The position numbers and the translations under genes are program-made. Source: Piromyces finnis finn (lineage: Eukaryota > Fungi > Neocallimastigomycota). From it: 64,000 bases of DNA. Positions 1 to 11,583 of the stretch are shown here, piece after piece. The notes beneath the pieces are model-generated. The model was not told where the DNA came from and did no database searches. It saw nothing but the letters and a program-made list of their open reading frames with translations. Numbering within the stretch: the stretch's first letter is position 1; each line of letters starts with the position of its first letter. The stretch is taken from contig MCFH01000011.1 in the NCBI GenBank assembly GCA_002104945.1, forward strand, positions 868,001-932,000, in the 5' to 3' direction.

Positions 1-6
1 TTCTTT

Positions 7-96
7 CTATATAAAAGAATCCAAATCCTCTCTACATAATAGGAAGTATAATTCTCGTTTCCATATATGAAAATTAGATCTATCAAATAAATCCAT
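7..96 (-). pseudogene. Possible Ty1/copia Gag N-terminal fragment (stop at 7-9; may continue beyond the window)
   Basis: Manual translation MDLFDRSNFHIWKRELYFLLCREDLDSFI* resembles the copia Gag N-terminal pattern (FDGxNFxxWKxxMxxxLxxxDLxxxI). Short and judged by eye only. Confidence 0.3.
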
Positions 97-654
97 TGTT
101 CTTTCATTATAAAAATTCATTCTACCTTTTTTTTAGTATAATTTTAAACTATTCAAAATTTCCATAATTACACGTAGATCTGTTTATATTAATGATGAGA
201 GAAAAGCATGTTAATATTAATTAATTACATTTAATTAGTTATCAATAATTAAGTACATATACATGTACATTCTATATAATGCGCCATAATATATTAACTA
301 CTGGGTTTATTATCTAATAAATATTATCGTCCAAAAAGATAAGAAAAAATTACCAAAAAGATTTACGATAAAGGTAGTTTTAATACTTTATTTATAGATG
401 AATAGTATTATAACTTTTTTTTTTATTTTAACAATTAGTTTTATATAGTTTCAATCCCTTTAGTTTTTTCTAATAACCTATTTTAGGTATCAATTACCAT
501 TGATATCTCTAATTTTAATATCATTATCAATTCCTTTTTCTTTTTTTTTTATTATTATAAAGTAAATTATTATTACTATTAATTACTAATATTATTATAC
601 TTAATAAGAATTAAAATATATTCTGGTTTACTTTTATTTTTAAAATATTATAAT

Positions 655-730
655 TAATTATTATAGGTTATAATTTTTGATTTATTATTACTCTAATTAT
701 TATTATTATTATTATTATTATTAATATAAA

Positions 731-773
<43 letters not shown>

Positions 774-797
774 GATTATTATTATTATTAATATAAA

Positions 798-833
<36 letters not shown>

Positions 834-870
834 CATCATCATCATTATTATTATTATTATTATTATTCTA

Positions 871-936
<66 letters not shown>

Positions 937-971
937 CTAATTCTTATTATTATTATTATTATTATTATTAA

Positions 972-1054
<83 letters not shown>

Positions 1055-1083
1055 TAATTCTTATTATTATTATTATTATTATT
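655..1083. repeat. Long interrupted (TTA)n microsatellite
   Basis: About 430 bp of TTA triplets with recurring interruptions (e.g. TTCTAATTCTTATT twice, ATCATC). Confidence 0.95.
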
Positions 1084-2952
1084 AATCCAACGGCTTTTTT
1101 ATTTATTTAAAATCGCATAAAATTAATTTTTTTTTTAAATTAAAAAATTCCAAAGGCACAATACTAAAAAACTACTTTTTATCTTTTCTTCCCATAATTT
1201 TGGAAAAAAAAAATAAAAAAGATTAAATTCTCCATTTTTTTAATTATTTATTAATTAAATATTTATTGATAATTTTATATTAAAATAATAATCCTTTTCC
1301 TTTTCCTTTTTTTTTTTTAAAAAAAAAAGGAGAAAGATTAGAATGAGGTAGGTAGAAGAAAATGAAGAAATGAGATTATGGAAGGTATGGGTCAATTGGA
1401 TTATCAACAACAACAACAACAACAAAAAGATACTTAAAATATTTAGATTCCAAAAACTTTAATTTTTTATTATATAAAAACCATTCCACACAATACAATT
1501 TTTTTTTTTTTTTTGAAAAAAATCATAGTCAAATCATATGGATTGATGTGAAACTTTTTCTACTTTCTTTTCTTTAGTAAAAATATACATTCATTCCCTA
1601 ACAATATTATATTTTGTACTATACGATGAGGTTGTGAATGATTTTTAATTCATCCTTTTTTGAATTCACCATTAAAAAATTAAAATTCTCCGTGTCACGT
1701 TTTATTTTTTTCTTTTTTTTCTTTACCCCTTCGTTATTTAAATAGAAAAAAGTATGACTTTTTTTTTTTTGTTTAGCAAACTTTTTTTATGATTTATTAT
1801 TTATTTAGATTAGGGGATGCTAGCTTTTTTTCCTTTAGTATACAAATAAATAGTGTCATGATCATATTATCATATTATCATAAAACCAAAAAAGTATTAC
1901 ACATTATTACAACTATTACAACACAATAATAAAATCATAAATCATATTTTTCTCTAACCGGTAAAAATACTTTTTTTTTTTTTTTATAAAATTTAAAAGG
2001 TATTCAAAAGAAATCCAAAATATAAAAAAAAGAAATATGGAATTAAATACTAATACTAAAAAATACTATTCATCTTCATCTTCATCTACACCCACCACAC
2101 TACACTACACCATTTAATATTTTTTTATCTAAAAAGAAGCGCCATTTTTTTAATATATAATAAATTAAATATAATATTTATATATTATATACAAAATTAC
2201 TATGCTAACTTTATTACTATTATTATAAATTAAAAATCTAAAAGTTAAATAGTATTATCTTTTATTATAATATAAATTAAAGTTTTATTTCAATTTTAAT
2301 ATTAAATAAACTTTGTATTATCTCCATTTAATATTTTTAATATTATTAATATTATTCAATTTAAACAAATATAGAAAGTGTCCAGGAAATAAAAATATTA
2401 TTCAAACTGTATTAATTATTATATGTCATTTTGTCATACTTAAAAAGTAATGGGATAGGTTAAACTAAAAAAAATGATTGTACAATATAAATTAAAATTT
2501 AATTTTTATAATAAATAAAGTTTTGAATCCTTTATCTAAAGTTAAATTAATTATAATATTAATTTTTATTTTTAAGAAATTAATTTAAAAAAAAAATGAC
2601 AAAAGTCATTAATGCAAAACATAAATTAAAACTTTAAAATGAAAAAGATATAAAAAATCCATATTTTCTTTTTTTTTTTATTTTTTTTTTTTATATTTAA
2701 AAACTATTATAAAATAATTATAAATATATTTTGAAAATATATTTAAAAGTTTTTTTTTTTTATTGTAAATACATATTCAATATTCAATACAAAAAAAAGA
2801 AAGTTGTTTATTAAATTTGATATTTAATTAAACACTACAAAAGTATAAAGAGGAAAAAGAGGAAAAAAAAAAAAAAAAAAAGCAATTAAAATAATAATAA
2901 AATCTCATAAAATAATAAATATTAAAAATAATTAATATACATAATACACATA

Positions 2953-3075
2953 ATGAAAAAGTTTACTATTTTATCAGTAGTTTTAGCTGTTACTGGTAAA
3001 TCTATGGCAGATTGCTGGTCTTCTACTATGGGATACCAATGTTGTAAAAGTTGTTCAGTCATTGCTGAAGATAGT

Positions 3076-3165
<90 letters not shown>

Positions 3166-5428
3166 CAATTAAATAATAATAATAATAATAATAATAATAA
3201 TCAATTAAATAATAATTAATATTGAATAACTTTTTTTAAAAAATAATAAATATTATAAAGGTAAATGGGGTTTTGAAGACAAACACTGGTGTGGTATTGT
3301 CGATGAAGTTTGTAACCAAATCAAGGAATCATGTTGGTCACTTCCAGGTAGGTTTCAATGCAATAATGAGTAGATATAATGAAAAAGGGAAAAAATTAGA
3401 AAAGAAAAAAATATATAATATTAATAAATTATTTTTTTTTTATAAATACTAAAAGATTACCCATGTTGTAAAAATACTAGTCTTGTTGTTGCTTCTGATG
3501 CACAAGGTGACTGGGGTTATGAAGATAATCAATGGTGTGGTATTGTAAAGGATGCTGTTAAAAATGACTGTTGGTCTCTTCCACATTACCAATGTTGTAA
3601 GGGTAATGAAGTTGTTTTCACTGATCATAACGGTGACTGGGGTTTCGAAAATAACCAATGGTGTGGTATTGTTAAAAAAGCTGATGATGATACCAACAAA
3701 AATGAAGATAATGATGTTGAAATACCAGTTAATGTTGATGCTGTTCCACAATTCTCTATGGAATCTGGTTACTATGAAAATGTTGATGGTTTAAGTTTAA
3801 CCTTAAATACTGAAGAAGGTACTGTCTTATATACTCTTGATGGTACTGATCCAACAACTTCATCCACTGCTAAGGTCTTTGGAGATCCAATAAAAATGTA
3901 CGATAGAACTATTGATGAAAATGTTTTAAGTAAATATCAACATGAAGATAAGAGTCCATACACCATTCAATTAAAGAACCAATATAAGGCTAATAAATTA
4001 AACAACGATAAAGCTACTATTGTTCGTGCTGTTACAAAGTTAGCTGATGGTTCTTTCAGTCCAGTTGTTTCTAAAACATACATTGTCATGAACAAGGATA
4101 ACCTTAAATTCTACTCTGATATTCCAGTTGTTTCTATAGTAACTGATCCAAGTAACCTCTTTGACAAGGACAAGGGTATTTATATTGCTGGTCAACAATA
4201 CATTGATTGGATGAACGGTCCAGATTACGATCCATACAAGAGTGAATGGGATGACAATAACATTGCTAACTTCTTCTCCAAGGGTAAGGAATGGGAACGT
4301 GATGCTTCTATCACTCTTTTCGTTGATGGTAAGGAAGTTAAATCACAAGATGTTGGTATTCGTATTAAGGGTGCTTCCACCAGAAATTCTCATATTAAGA
4401 GTTTCAACGTTTTTGCTCGTAAGAAGTATGGTGAATCCAAGTTTGAATATGAATTAATTAAGGATAATAAGAATATTGTTACCAATGAAACTATTTCAAA
4501 GTATGATTCATTCAGTCTTCGTCATACCAATTGGTTTGATAGAATGAGAGAATCTGTCGTTCAACACGGTCTTAAGGATTATCCAGTTGTTGCTACTTAC
4601 GATAACAACAAGACTTTAGTTTTCATTGATGGTGAATTCTGGGGTTTATATGAAATTATGGAAAAATCCTCAGCTTACTACATTAAAACAAACTACGATA
4701 TCCCAACTGATAATGTTGCTTTAATTAAAAATACTGTTTTAGAAGAAGGTACTGATGAAGATTTTAAGGACTTTAAGGATCTTGTTAATTTCTGTAAAAG
4801 TAATGATCTTACTAAGGAACAAAACTACAACTACGTTGCTCAAAAGATGGATCTTGAAAGTTTAATTTTCAACTATGCTACCGGTTTATACCTTGGTATT
4901 TGGGATTGGCCAAACAGAAACTACCTTGTTTACAGAAACAATGGTGAACCAATTGAAGGTAATCCATACGCTGATGGTAAATGGAGATGGGGTTCTTTCG
5001 ATTTCGATTATTCTATTGGTCTTACTTATGACTCTTTCGGTGGAGTTAAGGGTTACGCTCACGATTCCTTCAGAAAGTTCCAAAGTAAGAAGAACGAATT
5101 CCCAACTCCAATCTTTAGTGGATTAATGAAGAACAAGAAATTCTACAAGAGATTTGCTGAAGTTATGCAACTTATGAGTGAAGAAGTTTTCAACCCAGAA
5201 AAGATGAAGAAGATTATTGAAGAACAAAAGGAAAACTTCTTAAAGTACATTATTAAGACTGACTGGAGATGGTACAATGGTACTCCAACTATGGATTATG
5301 AAACCTTTGTTTCTATGCAAACCAAATACTATGGTGGTGGTTATGATGAAATGACTGAATTCTTTGAAAACCGTCCAAAGTATGCCTACAAATTTATGGA
5401 AAGTACCTATGGAAAAGTTGAAGAGTAA
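2953..5428 (+). CDS. cotH: Secreted cellulosome-type protein: signal peptide + 3 fungal non-catalytic dockerins + CHB_HEX_C/Fn3-associated-like domain + CotH kinase; 3 exons (2953-3079, 3261-3347, 3456-5428), 728 aa
   Basis: GT-AG introns 3080-3260 and 3348-3455 restore one frame of 2187 nt. Three dockerin repeats (CWS..GY.CC..WG.E...WCGI). PQFSMESGYY..LYTLDGTDPT domain start. CotH motifs IRIKGASTR, YEIMEK, DWPNRNY, W.SFDFDYS. Confidence 0.92.
3081..3217. repeat. (AAT)n microsatellite starting at the intron 1 donor of the CotH gene
   Basis: G|GTAATAATAAT... The repeat begins with the T of the donor GT and produces the poly-Asn ORF in the track. Confidence 0.9.
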
Positions 5429-5864
5429 TTTTAATTTTTCAAAATGAATAAAAAAAAAAAAAATTTAAATTATTAAAAAGTAAAAAAAAAAAAAAAAAAA
5501 TACCATTAGTTAATAAGTGAAAATATAAAATATACAAAATTTAATTTGTAAAATAGAAGAGTAAAGCAAGCAAATAAATAAAAATAAAAATAAAAAAAAA
5601 TAGTAAAAATTTATTAAAAAAAAAAAAAATAATAATAATAATGGAATCTAAAAGTTTATCTTGATTCAGTGTAAATTTTAATTTTTTTTATTTGTTTTTT
5701 AATTTAAATTTATATTGTTAATAATGATAATAAATTGCTAATAAGAATGATAATCATGATGATAAAGCTTATTACAAGCATTAGAAATTGTTTATTATGT
5801 TTTTTATATAATATAAAGATAATATTATAATATATATACTTTATATAGAACTTAAAAAATTATA

Positions 5865-5965
5865 AGACAGGCCAGGAGGGCCAGCGCAACCAATGGAGAT
5901 CATAATTTTGTTCCATGACAAAATTTTGATCTTTGGCTCGGTGTCCCATTGGAAGTCAAATACAA
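5865..5965. ncRNA. Candidate structured ncRNA (unassigned GC-rich hairpin island)
   Basis: GC-rich island in very AT-rich intergenic DNA. 14-bp stem 5898-5911/5918-5931 (1 mismatch) nested in CCAATGG/CCATTGG (5890-5896/5946-5952). I recognised no snRNA, tRNA or 5S signature. Confidence 0.3.
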
Positions 5966-6330
5966 TTATTATACTTCAGTATGATAGTGGCTTTCTTACT
6001 TTAATTAAAATTACTAGAATACATTGTACCCAATTTTTATTCATTTGTGTTTATTTAAACATATTTTTTTTATTTTTATTTTTATTTTTAATTTTTTATT
6101 ACATGTATTATAATTTTAATTAAATTAATAATAAAGTTTAAAAATACTTGATGCCTTTAAAAAAAAAAAAAAATTTAAAATTATAATCTTTTAATGGTAT
6201 ATATTTTCAGAAATAATTTTTAATTATTTATACACATCAAAAATAAAAACTATGAAATAAATAATACAATGGAATATTATTAAAAGTATACGTTTACACC
6301 TCTTTTTTGTCATTATCTTTATTGATGTTA

Positions 6331-6370
<40 letters not shown>

Positions 6371-8527
6371 TCTTTTTATTATTAAATTCAATAATATTAA
6401 CATTTAAATTTTATTGGTCAAAAATTTATATTTAACCAATAATATAAAATGGATTAATTTATATAAATTTCAAAAAAAAAATGGTTAAGTCATTTCCTAA
6501 TATGGAAATAAAAATAGGAATAATTTTTTTTTTAAAAGAGTAAAATGACATTTTAAAAGGATTGTTAATGTAAGAAGTATCTTTTTGATAGCAAGTTAAA
6601 TACAAGAATACATTATCTTTTTTTATAATTATGCTATTTATTTTATTATAATAATAATAATAATGTAAATTATTCTATGTAATTAATCATTCATTAGACA
6701 ATCTTTAAAAAAAAAAAGAGAATAATTATAAAAAAAAAGTAGTAACATAAAAAGGTATTTTTTATAACTTTATACATGTTTTTTTTTTTTTTTACTTTAT
6801 AATTTGATAAATTTAATAGTTAAAAATTTATTATATATACATATATTTTGTAATAAAAGTATTCAAAAATAAAAGAAAAAATAGAATATAAAAGTGTATA
6901 TTTCATTAAATTATTATTCTATATTTTATTACATTACTAATAGATAAAACCATTATGTGTTTTTCAAAAAAAAAAAAACTGAGAAATTAATAATAGTAAA
7001 AGTAGTAATAATAATAATAATAATAATAAATGATCTTTGTTTTTTTATATCATATTAAAATCTATATATTGAAAGAACATTAAAAAACTATTTTATATTT
7101 AATAATTAAGATGACCTTTTTTTTTTTTAAAAAAAAAAAAAAATTATTTTAAAATTCACATATAATTATTTTATTTAAATATTTTAAATATTCAATAAAA
7201 AAAAAAGATATAAAGGTAAAATTATAATTTAAAACTGATATATATACAAATGTAGTATTATAGGAGAGTGTGTATTGATTGATAATATTATATAGCTATA
7301 TAGTAGTAAAGGTGGTGTAAAACTATATTGAATAATTATTACATCAATAATGATATAAAGAGATTTAAAAATTTTTTTTGATAATTATTATTTTCTATGA
7401 TAACTACTTTTTTATACGATATTTTTAAATGTAGTCTAAGAAAAATAAAAATGTTTATGTTATTGTGTTAAAACGTTTGTCTGTAAGGGAATATATAGAA
7501 TATATAAATGCATCTCAGGATAATGTAATTGTTTAAAATATTATATAATTAAACATTATAATAGGTATAAATGTAACCTTGGGAAATTATACATTTTTTA
7601 ATATGGGAGCAAAGTTAGAATTAAAGTTTTTACTATATTCTCAATAGTTTTTTTCTTTTTTATTCATAATAAATAGTGAAAAAAAAAAGTCTGCTAAAAG
7701 TTAATAACATACCTACTTTTTAGGCGTTTAAAAAGTTATATGTGATAACGATGTATTTTTTTTTTTTTTTTGATTGTCCATAGTATTTTTTGAAAAGAAT
7801 TAAACGAGTCAGGCAGTCAATACTTTTTTATTTTTTTATAAATATTATTTAATTATATTTATTATTATTATTATTATTTTTTTTTTTTTATATATAAAGT
7901 CATAGTAATATTTAAATATACATTTTTTTTTTCTTCTTCTTTAAAAGTATATTAAAAACTAACTATACTATAACATAAAAAAAAAAAAAAAAAAAAAACA
8001 ATAAAAAGTAAACACTTTTATTATATAAAGAGAAAGAGGAAAAAAAAAATAAAAAATAAAATAAAAAAAAAAAAATAAATGTATAATTCAATTTGAAAGG
8101 ATTTATTTAATTATAATTATATTTTTATTATTTTATTAAAAATATAAAATTCATTCTTTAATTGTTTTCATTTACTTATTACTATTATTTTTTTATAATC
8201 AATAAAATTAAGTATTGATATTAATAATAATAAAAATAGAAAGAAATATATTAAATAGCAAGATAATAATATATTTTCTTTTCCTTTTCTTTACATTAAA
8301 TTATTAGTTTTTTTTTTTTTTTCTTTCTTTCTTTCTTTCAAATTTCATATACTCTTTTTTATTATATTGACTCATTTTAAATAATTACATTGATTAAAAC
8401 AATAATATTAATAAAAGTAAAAATAAAAATTTAATTAATTGGGATAGCAACACAATAATAACAACAATAATATAGTCACCCTCTTTTTTTTTTCTTTTTT
8501 TTTCTTTTGCGTTAATATACAATAATC

Positions 8528-10849
8528 ATGGATATAGATAATTTAAGTTATTTACAATCACCATTAAAGGAAAAAGTACAACAATTACTTAATCAGTCAT
8601 CTTTAAATGACGACCAAAAATACACTATTAATGAAGTATTAGATTATTTCACAAAAAAATTACAACAATGTGAAGAAAAATTTAATATTAATATTCTTAA
8701 TAATATAGATGATACTATATTAGTTAATGGAGAATTAATACATAATAGTAAAAAAAGACCTTTCAATTCAATGGTTCAAGAAAGTGATGATGCCATGGCC
8801 ATTGATAGTATACCTGTTACACCAATTTCCAACAAATTATCTTCCTTTATCAACTTACCTATTGGAAAAAAACCATTATTTAAATCTTACCTTTATAATG
8901 TTAATTATATCATCCATGATGTATCTTTCATGAATCCAAGACGTTTATTTAATCTAGTAATGACTCAAGAATGCTTCATTGTTATATATCCAAAGGAAGA
9001 AAATAATATTGAACTTGTTATACCATACGAAGCAATTTCGGAAATAATATGTGTTCCAGTTCCAGAAACAGCAACTAAAAAATGGTGTGTTTCAATGGTA
9101 GTAGATAAAAATTATCAACCTAAAATAATTAAAAAACCACCAATTGACTTCACCATCACAAATAAAAAAGGTAATAAAAAAAATACTAGAAAAAGTGTAA
9201 ATAAGAAACCACTTTCCACCGATGACACCAACCCACCGCCTACTGTTACCGCTACGAATCATGAAATTTACATTTTTAAATTTGATGATAATAAAAGTTT
9301 AAATATATTTGAAACTAATTCATCTGGTGTCGCAACAGACCAAGATATATTGGATAACTTTGGTCTTAAAAAGGTGGACCCAGCCATTTGCAATAAAAAA
9401 TATCTTTTTGATTTATTTAAAAAATATATATGGCCAAATAGTGAAAAGGAAATATTAGAACCCAATCCTTCAATATTTGTTTCTAAGAAAAAATCAATGT
9501 CTAGCCATACCAAAAATAAAACACATACCTTTCATATTAATTGTTATTATAAAGCTAAAGAAGGTTATCTTTTCCTTCTTAATGAAGGTATATTCTTTGG
9601 AGCTAAAAAACCTTCTCTCTATTTCCCAATGAATAATGTTCTTTCTATTAAAGTCACAAATGTTACAAGTCGAACTTTTAATTTAAATATTCGTCGTCTT
9701 CAATACACTGCGGAGAGTCAAGAATTATTAAGTAAAAAAATAAAATTAGATAAGGAAAATAGTCAACAACAACAACAACAACAACAGCAGCAGCAAGAAG
9801 AAGAAGAGCAACAACAACAACAACAAAATAATACTGAAGAAGAAAATTATGAATTTTCAATGATCGATAGTGTTGAATTTGATGCTATTATGGATTATAT
9901 AAAAAAACATAAAACAGAATGGTCTACTAATCGTAATGGTGAATTTGGTATGAATACAGAAGAAATGGAAAATACAGAACAACAAAATGATGAAGCTGAT
10001 AGTAAGGATGAAGATAAAAGGTCAAACAATAAGAAATCTGTCAAGGGTAAAGCAAATAGTAATGGTAGAAATGATGAGTTACAAAATATTATGACCTTTG
10101 TGGATGAGGATGAAAGTAATGATGAAGATTACAATCCAGATGATGATAGTGATTCTGAAGATAGTGATGAAGATTCTGATATAGATTTAGATAAAAATCA
10201 AGAAAAAATAGATATGGAAAACGATAAAGAAGTATTAAAATCCATGAATGAAGGAAATAAAAATATAGAAGAAAGTGATGGAAATAATGATGCACCAAAA
10301 TCATTAAGAAGTCGGAAGCCAAGAAAGAATTCTGTTAAAGCAAAACTTGTAGAAAAATCTGAAGAAAATGACACACCATTATCCCCAATGATGGAGGATA
10401 AACCAGAAGTAGGCGAGGATGAAGAAATTAGTGCAATTAGTTCTAATGTTGAAGAAATTTCCTTATCTTCTGCAGATCCTACTCCTTCATCCACAAAACG
10501 TTCAAAACGTAAATCTTCCAATCCAAGAAAAGTATCGACCACCGCAAATAAAGGAAAATCATCAACCACCAATACAAAAAGAAGATCATCAAAAAATTCA
10601 AAAATAGATAATAATGATACCAATTCTTCATCTCAAGAAAAGTCAATTAGAAATACTACCACTACCACCACCACCACCACTACTACTACTACTACTAATA
10701 GTAGTAGTAATAATGATAACAATAAAAAGAAACAACTTACTATAAGTGATCTTTTTAATAAAACTGCCAATAAAAACAAAATATCTTCATCTATACAAAT
10801 TGAACATGAAGATGAGGATGAAGAGGAGGATGAAATCTTGTTTGAATAA
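8528..10849 (+). CDS. RTT106: Histone chaperone Rtt106-like protein (PH-fold domain + acidic/low-complexity C-terminus), 773 aa
   Basis: Intact ORF. FHINCYYKAKEGYLFLLNEGIFFGAKKPSLYFP..VTSRTFNLNI matches the Rtt106-type PH domain. Poly-Q and D/E-rich tail. Confidence 0.72.
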   Translation: MDIDNLSYLQSPLKEKVQQLLNQSSLNDDQKYTINEVLDYFTKKLQQCEEKFNINILNNIDDTILVNGELIHNSKKRPFNSMVQESDDAMAIDSIPVTPISNKLSSFINLPIGKKPLFKSYLYNVNYIIHDVSFMNPRRLFNLVMTQECFIVIYPKEENNIELVIPYEAISEIICVPVPETATKKWCVSMVVDKNYQPKIIKKPPIDFTITNKKGNKKNTRKSVNKKPLSTDDTNPPPTVTATNHEIYIFKFDDNKSLNIFETNSSGVATDQDILDNFGLKKVDPAICNKKYLFDLFKKYIWPNSEKEILEPNPSIFVSKKKSMSSHTKNKTHTFHINCYYKAKEGYLFLLNEGIFFGAKKPSLYFPMNNVLSIKVTNVTSRTFNLNIRRLQYTAESQELLSKKIKLDKENSQQQQQQQQQQQEEEEQQQQQQNNTEEENYEFSMIDSVEFDAIMDYIKKHKTEWSTNRNGEFGMNTEEMENTEQQNDEADSKDEDKRSNNKKSVKGKANSNGRNDELQNIMTFVDEDESNDEDYNPDDDSDSEDSDEDSDIDLDKNQEKIDMENDKEVLKSMNEGNKNIEESDGNNDAPKSLRSRKPRKNSVKAKLVEKSEENDTPLSPMMEDKPEVGEDEEISAISSNVEEISLSSADPTPSSTKRSKRKSSNPRKVSTTANKGKSSTTNTKRRSSKNSKIDNNDTNSSSQEKSIRNTTTTTTTTTTTTTTNSSSNNDNNKKKQLTISDLFNKTANKNKISSSIQIEHEDEDEEEDEILFE

Positions 10850-11224
10850 GCAAAAACATATATATATATATATAATAATATAATAATATATATTTATTAA
10901 TATAATAAATATATTTTATACCTTTTTATCTCTATTTATCTAATTATATAACCCTATTATTTATACTATTTCAATATTATATCCTACTATTTTTTTTTTA
11001 ATGTAATACATTTAAGTTTCTATTGTACATGTATTTTTAATTTTAATAAATAATAATAAATAAGAATTAAAATATTTGAATACACAAAAAAAAAAATTCT
11101 TTCTATATTAAAACTTTTTTTTTTTTTTTTTTGTATTCATATCATATACTCGTCTCGTTAGAATACAAAAACTTGGGAATGAAATTATATATAATAAAAC
11201 TTTTAATTTTGTAAAATATATATT

Positions 11225-11227
11225 TTA

Positions 11228-11326
<99 letters not shown>

Positions 11327-11328
11327 TT
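11225..11328. repeat. (TTA)n microsatellite
   Basis: About 100 bp of near-pure TTA triplets between converging genes. Confidence 0.9.
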
Positions 11329-11411
11329 AATTTATTTATAAAATTAGATAGGATGTGGGTATAATATTAAAATAATATATATATAACTCTAATTATATTT
11401 ATAATTATAAC

Positions 11412-11443
<32 letters not shown>

Positions 11444-11583
11444 CAATGATCTATAAAAATAAAAATAAAATTTTGGTAAAAATAATCTAATGTATTATAG
11501 GTATTATGAAATTTTGTAATCACTATAATTTTATTTTCTAGTTTGTATCTATCACACTTTTCATTTTTCTAATGATTTCTTTT

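Noticed and set aside
655-1083. CRISPR-like or higher-order repeat array
   Set aside because: An interrupted trinucleotide microsatellite with no unique spacers, in a eukaryotic genome.
1378-1437. 19-codon MEGMGQLDYQQQQQQQKDT* mini-ORF
   Set aside because: Too short, driven by a CAA repeat, and I found no partner exons.
2953-3219. 88-aa poly-Asn ORF as a separate gene
   Set aside because: It is exon 1 of the CotH gene reading into an intronic (AAT)n. Splicing restores the dockerin.
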